Under the pieces are notes generated by a model. It saw only the letters and a list, made by a program, of their open reading frames with translations. It searched no databases and was not told the DNA's origin. Below are positions 1 to 8,044 of a stretch of DNA of 64,000 nt, one piece after another (position 1 is the stretch's first letter; the number at the start of each line of letters is the position of its first letter). The stretch comes from Patescibacteria group bacterium (GTDB taxonomy: Bacteria; Patescibacteriota; Patescibacteriia; Patescibacteriales; WJLG01). The position numbers and the translations under genes were made by a program. The stretch covers positions 2,501 to 66,500 of the forward strand of contig JAQTUZ010000003.1 in the NCBI GenBank assembly GCA_028707065.1, in the 5' to 3' direction.

Positions 1-83
1 CGTAGTATTCGCGTATAATTCGTTGTATTCGTATTATATAACGGACGGCTCGAACAAGATAATGTTCCTATAATTAATATTAT

Positions 84-146
84 CTTCGCTTGTTCGGAAA
101 TGATCTCGCCTTACGGCGGATCATTTCTCTCACTTCGCTTGATAAT
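84..146. repeat. Palindromic repeat, same family as the tandem pair at 48649-48788 (inverted orientation)
   Basis: The reverse complement reads attatcaagcgaagtgagagaaatgatcc...gagatcatttccgaacaagcgaag. This matches ttatcaagcgaagcgagcgaaataatcc...ggagattatttccgagcgagcg at 48649. There is an internal hairpin gaaatgatc/gatcatttc. Confidence 0.7.
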
Positions 147-235
147 AAAAAAAGAGCCCCGACCGGGCATTTATTCATTACTTTATTATAATACAGGAAA
201 CGGGGGAAGACGTCAAGAGAGAGAAGTAAGAAGTA

Positions 236-273
236 TGCCGACGTAATGTCGGCATCCCGAGCTTGTCTCGGGA
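236..273. repeat. Double-hairpin GC-rich repeat (gccgac..gtcggc, then cccgag..ctcggg)
   Basis: tgccgacgtaatgtcggcatcccgagcttgtctcggga has a near-identical copy at 30035-30072 (tgccgacgcgaggtcggcatcccgagcttaccccggga). Confidence 0.75.
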
Positions 274-342
274 AAAAGTAATAATTTAAAAAATGCTGAT
301 AGATTATAATAAAAATGGCTATTTAAGGGGCTTTTAAGGTTG

Positions 343-371
343 TTGACATAACAAGGATATTATGCTATACT
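343..371 (+). promoter_or_regulatory. Sigma70-type promoter TTGACA-17-TATACT
   Basis: TTGACA lies at 343-348, followed by a 17-nt spacer ending in tgc, then TATACT at 366-371. It sits about 70 nt upstream of the SD-preceded ATG at 441. Confidence 0.7.
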
Positions 372-440
372 TAAAAGTTACGATAGATTTTTATTGACCT
401 TTTGTTTTATATTCATTTCACAATTTTTCCAGGAGGAATC

Positions 441-917
441 ATGGAAAGCACAGTCAAGGCCCCGGCCGAAAGAAAACTCATTGCCACGTTTCATAACGTT
501 GCTCGTCGGGTCGACAAAGTGGTGGTGGAGCGGAATGAAACCGGTTTGCATCTCGTCGCGGCGAATGCGCAGATCGGAATCGTCGAGCACTATCAACGGG
601 GCGTCGTGGTGCAGGGCCGAATTCTGAACATGCATTTCTACGGCCTCGCCGTTGGTGATCTCGGTCGCAAGCTGAATTTCCGGATTGATGTCTATGAGAA
701 AACCGTCGGGACAAAGACTTACACCTACGTCGACCTGCATAAAGTCAATGCTGTTCCCGAGGCGGATCTCAAGATCAACATCGAGGACCCCAAACTCGGC
801 GGCGATGTCGCGATCGCGGGGACCAGCGCCTTCTTGCGGATCGAACCGCGCCCGGTAAGGACGCAAGCGGACGAGCCGCACCTCGAGGAACTCGTGGAAG
901 CTGACTCGCAGCAGTAA
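441..917 (+). CDS. Hypothetical protein (158 aa), GC-rich orphan
   Basis: The ORF track gives 402..917. I prefer the ATG at 441 because AGGAGG lies 5 nt upstream (ccaggaggaatcATG). A promoter lies upstream and a strong terminator downstream. No family recognised. Confidence 0.7.
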   Translation: MESTVKAPAERKLIATFHNVARRVDKVVVERNETGLHLVAANAQIGIVEHYQRGVVVQGRILNMHFYGLAVGDLGRKLNFRIDVYEKTVGTKTYTYVDLHKVNAVPEADLKINIEDPKLGGDVAIAGTSAFLRIEPRPVRTQADEPHLEELVEADSQQ

Positions 918-942
918 GCCGCGGACAGTCAACGCATCATAT

Positions 943-990
943 TACCCCGAACCAAGAAAAAAATTCTTGGTTTCGGGGTAATTTTTTTTG
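943..990 (+). terminator. Rho-independent terminator
   Basis: A 16-bp stem pairs taccccgaaccaagaa with ttcttggtttcggggta and is followed by a T8 run. Confidence 0.85.
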
Positions 991-1028
991 TGCCAAAAGA
1001 AGCTGGCGATCGCCATAATCGCGGGACT

Positions 1029-1057
1029 TTTCGCCTTTGCTGAAAATGTGTTATAAT
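1029..1057 (+). promoter_or_regulatory. Extended -10 promoter (TGtTATAAT)
   Basis: tgttataat ends at 1057, with TATAAT at 1052-1057. The -35 (tttcgc) is weak. It lies about 35 nt upstream of the ATG at 1092. Confidence 0.45.
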
Positions 1058-1091
1058 ATGATCAGGGTTAAATAAAAAATAAAATAAACAT

Positions 1092-1319
1092 ATGGACAAG
1101 GTTTCAACGGTAGTTAATAAAAAAATTAATCGCCTGATCCGCGTCTTGGTGATCAATGGGATTGTCTTGTTGATCCTGGCCGTGTTGATCGTCTGGACCC
1201 CATTTATGGCCCAGCTGGTGATGGGGCTGGTCGTAGTAATTATCGCTTATGTCTTTCTTTACAGCGCTTACAAGCTTTGGCATCTGAAAACCATCCTGGA
1301 TAAATATATCAAGTTCTAA
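1092..1319 (+). CDS. Small membrane protein (75 aa, two predicted TM helices)
   Basis: The ORF has two long hydrophobic stretches (LIRVLVINGIVLLILAVLIVW and LVMGLVVVIIAYVFLY). Confidence 0.6.
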   Translation: MDKVSTVVNKKINRLIRVLVINGIVLLILAVLIVWTPFMAQLVMGLVVVIIAYVFLYSAYKLWHLKTILDKYIKF

Positions 1320-1415
1320 TTAGAATAGCTTATCAGCGATTATTCTGCCGGACTTGATTTTTTATTATCAAATTGCTATATTGCTAAATTGATAATAATT
1401 TTGAAATCAAATTTT

Positions 1416-1880
1416 ATGAAAAAAATACTTTATACTTTTTGTTTTTTGTTTTTTGTTTTTCTTTTAACAGGTTGTGCCGGCAAGCCGGTGATGATGGATC
1501 AGCTTAATAAGCAGGGCTTTTATCCTTATCACAACGAGATGTTTAATTTTAATCTGTCGTTGCCTAAGGAGTTTCAATATTATCAAACGCAAAGAATGAC
1601 CTTTACCGATTACACCGATATCGATATTTTTGTGCCGACCGCTGACACGAATTATGTGGAACAAGTTCCGGGCTATGCCGAGCCGATCATTGTTCGCGTT
1701 TATGACAAGACCGCTTATGATAATTTAAGCGCCGATCTAAAAGCGCAAATGGTAAAAGTCGCGGAGAAAGGCAATAAAGTTTACAACCTCATCTTTTGGG
1801 ATCAGCCGCCGAGCGATTGGGCGGGCAAATGGACGGATGCGATGAAACAGCAGCTGATCAAAGATTTTAAATTGAAATAA
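1416..1880 (+). CDS. Putative lipoprotein
   Basis: MKKILYTFCFLFFVFLLTGCAGKP is a signal peptide with an LTGC lipobox. The internal ATG at 1416 is preferred over the track start at 1389. Confidence 0.7.
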   Translation: MKKILYTFCFLFFVFLLTGCAGKPVMMDQLNKQGFYPYHNEMFNFNLSLPKEFQYYQTQRMTFTDYTDIDIFVPTADTNYVEQVPGYAEPIIVRVYDKTAYDNLSADLKAQMVKVAEKGNKVYNLIFWDQPPSDWAGKWTDAMKQQLIKDFKLK

Positions 1881-1898
1881 ATTTCCGATTGATGAAAA

Positions 1899-1930
1899 AA
1901 CGGCGCCGATCATCCGGCGCTGTTTTTGTT
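1899..1930 (+). terminator. Rho-independent terminator
   Basis: A gcgccg/cggcgc stem with a 6-nt loop is followed by tgtttttgttt. Confidence 0.7.
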
Positions 1931-1959
1931 TCCATAGTTGTTGATATTTTTTTGCTGTC

Positions 1960-1988
1960 TTGACAAAGCAGGCATAATTACCTATACT
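1960..1988 (+). promoter_or_regulatory. Sigma70-type promoter TTGACA-17-TATACT
   Basis: TTGACA at 1960-1965, an exact 17-nt spacer, then TATACT at 1983-1988. Confidence 0.7.
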
Positions 1989-2043
1989 TTTATGATTTTT
2001 AGTCCTTTATAATTTTGTTTAACTTTAGCAAGGGAGTTGCGTC

Positions 2044-2640
2044 ATGCGTACATTTTTTACATCAATTATCATGGTTTTCGCTCTGCTCGGCGTGATGAGC
2101 AGCCCGGCTTTTGCCGGTGATAAAAACGACCTCTTAACAGAAGAAATATCCGGTATTATGAACGGGAGACAGCCCAAGGACCCTAATTACGTCTTGAAAT
2201 GGAGCTTCATTGAATTCAGTAGTTTCCCTGTCTGCGTTGAAAAGCCGAAGTATCAAAAATTTGCCGAAAAACTCCAGGCTACTAATAAGATTATCGGTGC
2301 TATGGGAGATTTTAATTCTTCGGAAGACGGGTTTTCCGCGCAGGTGTGCGTGGTTACTTATTTGGAAAGGATTTCCGACGGGGCAGAGCTTCCCAATAAG
2401 CACTTCTGGAAAATTCGCTATACCTACGATGAACGTATAGCGGCCTGGCAATATGACGCCATCGAAAGTTGTGTTACTCGCTCGAAAAATAAAGAGAACA
2501 AATTATATCTCTACAAATGCGAGTCAACGTGGGGGATGAAGTCCTTAGACATCGCAATAAGGGCTGGTGTCGCAGGAGATCTTGCCAGAGAACCTGGTTT
2601 GAAAAGGGCGTTAATCGGTGGTGCCGATGAGATGTTTTGA
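2044..2640 (+). CDS. Secreted hypothetical protein (198 aa)
   Basis: N-terminal signal peptide MRTFFTSIIMVFALLGVMSSPAFA|GD. An agggag SD-like element lies upstream. Confidence 0.7.
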   Translation: MRTFFTSIIMVFALLGVMSSPAFAGDKNDLLTEEISGIMNGRQPKDPNYVLKWSFIEFSSFPVCVEKPKYQKFAEKLQATNKIIGAMGDFNSSEDGFSAQVCVVTYLERISDGAELPNKHFWKIRYTYDERIAAWQYDAIESCVTRSKNKENKLYLYKCESTWGMKSLDIAIRAGVAGDLAREPGLKRALIGGADEMF

Positions 2641-2740
2641 TTTATGTCTCAATCTGAGAATCAAAGGGTATTATGCATTGGGTCCAATATCGGCTCGGGC
2701 AACTTCTGGGATTTCCTCACTAAATAGCTATTTTGAACAA

Positions 2741-2787
2741 AACTCCGTTAATTTCCGACTTGGGAATCGCGGAGTTTTTTTATTTTT
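2741..2787 (+). terminator. Rho-independent terminator
   Basis: An aactccg...cggagtt stem is followed by tttttttattttt. Confidence 0.65.
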
Positions 2788-2942
2788 GGCAGTTGATTTT
2801 ATCCGTAAAACAAGGTAAAATACAAGTATAAGATAAAATTAAATATCACGCAGAATAATGCCTAAAGTAGGCGGTTTTTTGATTGAAATTGAGAATTCCT
2901 TAAATTTTTAATTTATAATTTATAATTTGTAATTAATTTAAT

Positions 2943-4619
2943 ATGGTTAGTCCGCATTTAACCAAAAAGAAAAGCGAAATACTGACAGTTACTTTAGGCA
3001 CCCGAAAACTTTTCCAGACCGTTTATCGCGAACAGAGCCAGGAGGTGAAAGAAAACGAAGGCGAAGCCAAGATAAAAGTTTCGGCGCTGATCTCCAAGGT
3101 CGCTTTTTATTACGAGAAGGTCCGCAATTACGTCGATTATAATGAAGAGCATCTGCACCGCAAGTACGCGGTGGCCCGCATTTTAAAACGGCAATTGGTC
3201 ATCGAAGGCGCGGTGAAGATCACCAATAGCGAAGAAACGTCGCGCAATCTTCTGACCGAATTGATCCGCGCCGGCTATCTGCCCAATGACAAGATCCCCG
3301 AAGGCAAGATCGATGAAGTGAAAGCGATCCTGGAAAAACATTTGCGCCTGCGCGAACTGGCGATGCCGCACGGGATCACGGCTCAGATGGCCAAGCTGGT
3401 CACCAAGGAAAAAAGAGAATTGGGCGATTGGCTGATCGGTATTGCCGCTTCCGAGATCGAGTCGATTTTGGAAGTGGACAAAATCAAAGAGATGGTGATC
3501 AGCAATATGTACGAATATCTGGTCAAATTCATCAAGCTGCCGGTCAATTTCGCCGTTTACGAAAAAGATCTGCCCATTCAAATTTATTTAAGCATCTACC
3601 GCACTTATTTAAAGTTCGACCGCTCGATGCTGTCCTTCATAATTTTTAAATATTATAACGCTGACTGGTGGAACCCGACCGAAGAAACTACGGCTAAGAT
3701 CGCCGCCAATATTCTGCCCTTGCGGCAGGCGATCGAGCGGCAGCTTGATCACCCGCTGGTCAAACAATTGGATAAGATCATCAACAAATACACGGTTTTT
3801 TATTCGATCCTCACCGATATGATCAAAGAAGACCCGGCGTCGCTTTATGAGACGATCAAGAGCAAGCCGCAGGTTTTTCCCGATCTGGTGAAAAACAATT
3901 TTCAAAAAAAATTTAATGTGACCAAGGCCCGCCTTTGGCGCGCCGGCGTCAATAGCATTATTTACATCTTCTTGACCAAGACGATCTTCGCGGTCTTACT
4001 GGAAATTCCGGCGACAAAATATCTGGGCGAAGAGATCAATCCTTATTCTTTGGCGGTTAATATTTTATTCCCGCCCTTCTTATTGCTTTTAGTGATTTTG
4101 TTCACTCGAGTTTCTTCGGAAGAAAATAACAAGCGCGTGGTGGCCGGGGTGGACGAAATAACTTTTGAGGAAAAGAACCGCCGCGATCCGATCGTCTTGC
4201 GCAAACCGACCATCAGGGGTCCGGTCATCAGCTTTATTTTCAGCCTGCTTTACTCGCTGACCTTTTTGGTTTCTTTCGGCGCGGTCGTTTGGGCCTTGGA
4301 TAAGATCCACTTCACCTGGGTGAGCATCACCATCTTCTTGTTCTTCTTGGCTTTTGTCAGTTTCTTTTCGATCCGCATCCGCAAAAGCGTCCAGCAATTG
4401 ATCGTCATCGAAGAAAGGGAAAATCTGCTCGATTTTCTGCTTGATTTTTTCTTCATCCCGATCGCGGCCGTGGGCAAATGGCTGTCAAAAAAGTTCGCCA
4501 AGATCAACGTCTTTATGTTCCTGATGGATTTCGTGATCGAAGCGCCGTTCAAAGTCTTCGTCGAGATCGCCGAGCAGTGGACGAAATATGTCAGGGAAAG
4601 GAAGGAGGATATCGAATAA
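2943..4619 (+). CDS. Large hypothetical membrane protein (558 aa)
   Basis: Long ORF with a soluble helical N-terminal half and several TM helices in the C-terminal half. No family recognised with confidence. Confidence 0.75.
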   Translation: MVSPHLTKKKSEILTVTLGTRKLFQTVYREQSQEVKENEGEAKIKVSALISKVAFYYEKVRNYVDYNEEHLHRKYAVARILKRQLVIEGAVKITNSEETSRNLLTELIRAGYLPNDKIPEGKIDEVKAILEKHLRLRELAMPHGITAQMAKLVTKEKRELGDWLIGIAASEIESILEVDKIKEMVISNMYEYLVKFIKLPVNFAVYEKDLPIQIYLSIYRTYLKFDRSMLSFIIFKYYNADWWNPTEETTAKIAANILPLRQAIERQLDHPLVKQLDKIINKYTVFYSILTDMIKEDPASLYETIKSKPQVFPDLVKNNFQKKFNVTKARLWRAGVNSIIYIFLTKTIFAVLLEIPATKYLGEEINPYSLAVNILFPPFLLLLVILFTRVSSEENNKRVVAGVDEITFEEKNRRDPIVLRKPTIRGPVISFIFSLLYSLTFLVSFGAVVWALDKIHFTWVSITIFLFFLAFVSFFSIRIRKSVQQLIVIEERENLLDFLLDFFFIPIAAVGKWLSKKFAKINVFMFLMDFVIEAPFKVFVEIAEQWTKYVRERKEDIE

Positions 4620-4626
4620 TTTGAAA

Positions 4627-4722
4627 TGTAATACTAATCCACGAATACATACTAATATAACGAATAATAATTTAGAACGCATTCGTCATATTAGTATGTA
4701 TTCGTATTAAATTAGTATTACA
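4627..4722. repeat. Three-tier near-perfect hairpin built from acgaat/attcgt and actaat words
   Basis: tgtaatactaat (4627-4638) pairs with attagtattaca (4711-4722). acgaatacatactaatat (4641-4658) pairs with atattagtatgtattcgt (4688-4705). An inner acgaat/attcgt pair completes the stem. Confidence 0.85.
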
Positions 4723-4729
4723 ATAAAAT

Positions 4730-5446
4730 ATGCTTTATATAGTAGGAACGCCGATCGGCAACTTGGAAGATATCAGTATGCGCGCCATAAGAATCCTCGG
4801 CGAGGTGGATTTTATTTTGTGCGAAGACACGCGGACGTCAGGCGTTTTGCTCGAGCATTATAATATCAAGACGCCGCGCATTTCTTATCATCAGCATTCG
4901 GAAGATATCAAGGTCGATCAGATCATTAAATTATTAGAGCAGGGGAAGAATCTGGCGCTGATCACTGATGCGGGCACGCCGGGAATTTCCGATCCGGGTG
5001 GTGTTTTAGTTTCTAAAGTGATCGAGCATTTTGGCGAAGATATGAAGATCGAATCCGTGCCCGGCCCTTCGGCGGTCACGGCGGCGTTATCTATTTCCGG
5101 CATTCCGACCGACAAGTTTATTTTTATGGGTTTCCCGCCGCATAAAAAAGGCCGGCAGACATTTATTAAAAGAATTTTGGCCAGCGAATATCCTGTGGTC
5201 GTTTATGAATCCAAACACCGCATCGTCAAATTTTTGAATGAATTAAAAGCGATGAAAGAAAGCGCCAGCATTTCCGATGAAGAAGAAATTAAAAATAAGA
5301 AAAAAAATCTTGAATCAGTCGTGGTCGCGCGCGAACTTTCCAAAATGCACGAAACCGTCTATCGCGGCGATATTGATAATATAATTGCCAAAATAACCGC
5401 CACCCCGGACGACCAGCGCGGCGAATTTGTCGTAATCGTCGGCTAA
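4730..5446 (+). CDS. rsmI: 16S rRNA (cytidine1402-2'-O)-methyltransferase
   Basis: The N-terminus MLYIVGTPIGNLEDISMRAIRILGEVDFILCEDTR and DAGTPGISDPG are typical of the RsmI tetrapyrrole-methylase fold. Confidence 0.9.
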   Translation: MLYIVGTPIGNLEDISMRAIRILGEVDFILCEDTRTSGVLLEHYNIKTPRISYHQHSEDIKVDQIIKLLEQGKNLALITDAGTPGISDPGGVLVSKVIEHFGEDMKIESVPGPSAVTAALSISGIPTDKFIFMGFPPHKKGRQTFIKRILASEYPVVVYESKHRIVKFLNELKAMKESASISDEEEIKNKKKNLESVVVARELSKMHETVYRGDIDNIIAKITATPDDQRGEFVVIVG

Positions 5447-5452
5447 ACAAGT

Positions 5453-5498
5453 CCCCTCTAGAGAGGGGTGGCTCGCGCCGCGTGAGACGGGGTGTGTT
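5453..5498. repeat. GC-rich two-hairpin repeat unit (family A, forward orientation)
   Basis: cccctctagagaggggtggctcgcgccgcgtgagacggggtgtgt. Other copies lie at 6371, 9048, 10507-10662, 11055, 13284 and 35540. Confidence 0.85.
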
Positions 5499-5558
5499 AC
5501 ATAATTTAAAATAATTAACATTAAAAAAATATAAATTTTATGGCTTTCAAAGAACAAT

Positions 5559-5789
5559 TTGCCCCCCTTGGCGGCAGAAAAGGGTCCCGGTAATATTGAT
5601 GAAAAAATACTCAAAAAAACTCCAGCTCCCGGCGCCGCCGGATTGACTTGGGGCGAACTTTATGAACATGCCGCCGCGGAAAACGAGTTAAAATCAGGAG
5701 AAGATTTTTTCTCCTATGTCCGACGGTTAAAAAAACTTTGGGAAGAAGAAGACGACAAACCGAGCGCTCCGGTAAGCAAAGCCGCCTAA
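5559..5789 (+). CDS. Small hypothetical protein; start uncertain (TTG at 5559, or ATG at 5540 via a poly-C frameshift)
   Basis: ORF of 76 aa. An ATG at 5540 is in a different frame and would join this frame if the C6 run at 5562-5567 were C5. Confidence 0.3.
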   Translation: MPPLAAEKGPGNIDEKILKKTPAPGAAGLTWGELYEHAAAENELKSGEDFFSYVRRLKKLWEEEDDKPSAPVSKAA

Positions 5790-5793
5790 TATT

Positions 5794-6381
5794 ATGAATA
5801 TCGAATACGAAGCGACATTTTTAAATATAGACAAGGAAGAAGCGAGAGAGCGATTAAAAAAGGCCGGCGCCAAATTGGTCAAGCCGGAAATTTTGATGAA
5901 GCGCTGTAATTTTACTTTGCCGAAAAATAACGAGATCGCCGGCAGCTGGGTCAGGGTGCGCGACGAGGGCGATAAAATTACCATGAGCGTTAAAATAATG
6001 ACCGGCGATAAGATCGAAGATCAGAAAGAGATTTGTCTTTCGGTTGATGAAATGGAAAAAGCGATCGATTTTTTGGAAACTCTGGGTTGCCGCAAAAAAT
6101 CCTATCAGGAAACTAAGCGGGAAACTTGGGAATTGGACAGCGTAATAATCACTTTGGATACCTGGCCGTTTTTGGAGCCGTTTGCCGAAGTTGAAGGTCA
6201 GTCCGAGCAGACTGTTAAGAGTGTAAGCGAAAAGATCGGTTTTGATTATACGCAAGCGCGTTTTTGCGCCGTCGGCACTCTTTATCATGAGAAATATAAA
6301 ATCCCGCAAGACGTTATCAATAACCATACGCCGGAAATAACTTTTGCCAAAAACCCATTTATAAATAATTCCCCTCTATAA
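5794..6381 (+). CDS. CYTH-domain protein (CyaB/ThTPase-like)
   Basis: The opening IEYEATFL (ExExK-like start of the CYTH fold), the later VRVRDEG..ITMSVK and the ~190 aa size fit the family. Confidence 0.7.
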   Translation: MNIEYEATFLNIDKEEARERLKKAGAKLVKPEILMKRCNFTLPKNNEIAGSWVRVRDEGDKITMSVKIMTGDKIEDQKEICLSVDEMEKAIDFLETLGCRKKSYQETKRETWELDSVIITLDTWPFLEPFAEVEGQSEQTVKSVSEKIGFDYTQARFCAVGTLYHEKYKIPQDVINNHTPEITFAKNPFINNSPL

Positions 6382-6419
6382 AGAGGGGTGGACTCGCGCC
6401 GCGCGAGGACGGGGTGTGT
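6371..6419. repeat. GC-rich two-hairpin repeat unit (family A, forward)
   Basis: cccctctataaagaggggtggactcgcgccgcgcgaggacggggtgtgt. It overlaps the last codons and stop of the CYTH gene. Confidence 0.85.
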
Positions 6420-6425
6420 AAAAAA

Positions 6426-7415
6426 ATGAAAGCTATGAATAATTCTATCGAATTTCCCGAACAGACAAAATCTCTTTCCTATCTTGATCGCGAAGAAGAC
6501 TGGGAGCAGAAAATCAAAGAAACTATCGCATTATACGATTGGGGTATTGTTGATCTTTTGCATGAAGATGAATCTAAAAAGATTGAAAAAAAATTGGCCT
6601 TCGCGGATATTCCCGCGGCCGAGCAAGCGGCTTACGCTGAAACTGCCGGACGATTGGCGCTTGGTTTGATGAATTTTGGCGGTATGCGCGCCAGTTTGAC
6701 CGAAGAAAAGTCAAGATTTGAAATGATTATGCTCCGTGGTAAAATTTCCGGTCATAATCCCGATTTGGAGCCGTTTTTGCATATGCTCTGTCTGCATTTG
6801 GCCCGCGAGGCTGATACTAATACTACCGGAGATTCATCCCGCGTATTTTCTGAAGTCATAACCGACGCCGCCGTAAATGCGGCCCGAGCCGGCAAGCCGG
6901 AATTGCATGATTCGCTGATCAACCCGTTTCATTTGGAAACTGGCATGGAAATATTAAAATTCAACGAAAAAACCGGTGAGGCGGAGAAAATGACGATTGA
7001 AACGCTGATCGAAAACGGCGACGGCATCATTTTCTTCGGCAAAGGCGAGAATGATTATGAGGATATCATTACTTTCAACCGGAAATTATCGCTGGGCGAA
7101 TATGTGAAAAAAGATAGCGAGAATTATTTTGGCGGCGCAGGCTATCTTAAAGAAAAATTCAACTTGGATAAATTGGTACCGGGAACCGTGATAAAAATCG
7201 ATGCCAGCCATCCATTGAGCAAGGAACAGATAACCGAGGAAGTCACGGTCGTTAAAAGCAATCAGGCCGAATTGGAAGAGCAATACGGTCCGGCCTGGCT
7301 GGCTTTTCTGGATCACGCTCCCCGAAACAAAAAATTGCTTACCGTCAGTATGAGGTCGGCTACCGGGGAGATTTTTGAGGATGTTAATTTTATGACTTTG
7401 AAAATCGTCGAATAA
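6426..7415 (+). CDS. Hypothetical protein (329 aa)
   Basis: Long ORF. The ATG at 6426 is preferred to the GTG at 6414, which lies inside the repeat. No family recognised. Confidence 0.7.
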   Translation: MKAMNNSIEFPEQTKSLSYLDREEDWEQKIKETIALYDWGIVDLLHEDESKKIEKKLAFADIPAAEQAAYAETAGRLALGLMNFGGMRASLTEEKSRFEMIMLRGKISGHNPDLEPFLHMLCLHLAREADTNTTGDSSRVFSEVITDAAVNAARAGKPELHDSLINPFHLETGMEILKFNEKTGEAEKMTIETLIENGDGIIFFGKGENDYEDIITFNRKLSLGEYVKKDSENYFGGAGYLKEKFNLDKLVPGTVIKIDASHPLSKEQITEEVTVVKSNQAELEEQYGPAWLAFLDHAPRNKKLLTVSMRSATGEIFEDVNFMTLKIVE

Positions 7416-7430
7416 TTTATCTAGTTTGTC

Positions 7431-7497
7431 ATTTTCGCGAATGCGGAAATCCAAGATTGAGCGCACGGAATCTGGATCCCCGCATTCGCGGGGATGA
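7431..7497. repeat. Long GC-rich hairpin repeat (gtcat..cgcgaatgcgg / ccgcattcgcg..gatgac type)
   Basis: tcgcgaatgcgg pairs with ccgcattcgcg around a second inner stem. Confidence 0.7.
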
Positions 7498-7510
7498 CTG
7501 AATAAAATTT

Positions 7511-8038
7511 ATGACCGTCAAGGAGGCTATTCAAAAAAGACGCAGTATCCGGAAATATCAGAATAAGGAAATTCCGGCGGAAATAATTGATGAGTTGCTG
7601 GAAGCGGCGCGCTGGGCGCCGTCGGCGCGGAATGTCCAGCCCTGGGCATTTAAAGTGGTGACGGGCGCCGAAGATAAAGCCAAGCTGAAAGAGAATCATG
7701 TTTTTATGCGGGATTTTGTTTATGACGCGCCGGCGATAATCATCTGCTGCGTCACCGAGGAAGATTATCCCAAAGATAAATTTCAAGCCGGCATGCAAGC
7801 CACGTTTGATAAATGGTCAATGATCGATATCGGCCTGGCGACGGAAAATATATTATTGCAAGCCACTGAACTTGGTTTAGGCGGTTGCGTCGTCGGGATG
7901 ATCGATATGGAAAAAATAAAATCAGTTCTGAATATCCCGGAAAAATATTTTATCCCATATGTTGTTCCTATAGGCTATCCCGACGAAACCCCGGCACCGA
8001 CGCCAAGGAAAAGTTTGGAAGAAATAACCATGAATTAA
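7511..8038 (+). CDS. Nitroreductase family protein
   Basis: RRSIRKYQNKEIPAEIIDELLEAARWAPSARNVQPW is the classic nitroreductase N-terminal signature. Confidence 0.9.
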   Translation: MTVKEAIQKRRSIRKYQNKEIPAEIIDELLEAARWAPSARNVQPWAFKVVTGAEDKAKLKENHVFMRDFVYDAPAIIICCVTEEDYPKDKFQAGMQATFDKWSMIDIGLATENILLQATELGLGGCVVGMIDMEKIKSVLNIPEKYFIPYVVPIGYPDETPAPTPRKSLEEITMN

Positions 8039-8044
8039 AAGTAT

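Noticed and set aside
378-932. 184-aa minus-strand ORF fully overlapping the 441..917 gene
   Set aside because: It has no promoter, SD or terminator in the minus orientation. The plus-strand gene has all three. A stop-free antisense frame is expected in a GC-rich segment.
2793-2881. Tiny stand-alone transcript: TTGATT-17-TAAAAT promoter (2793-2821) followed by a gcct/aggc hairpin and T6 at about 2858-2881
   Set aside because: The stem is only 4 bp and the unit would be about 50 nt. The signals could equally be the distal promoter of the downstream 558-aa gene, so the support is insufficient.
7421-7798. 125-aa minus-strand ORF ending in ..VIPANAGIQ..
   Set aside because: It is antisense to the nitroreductase gene, and its 3' part is the translation of a GC-rich hairpin repeat (7431-7497).
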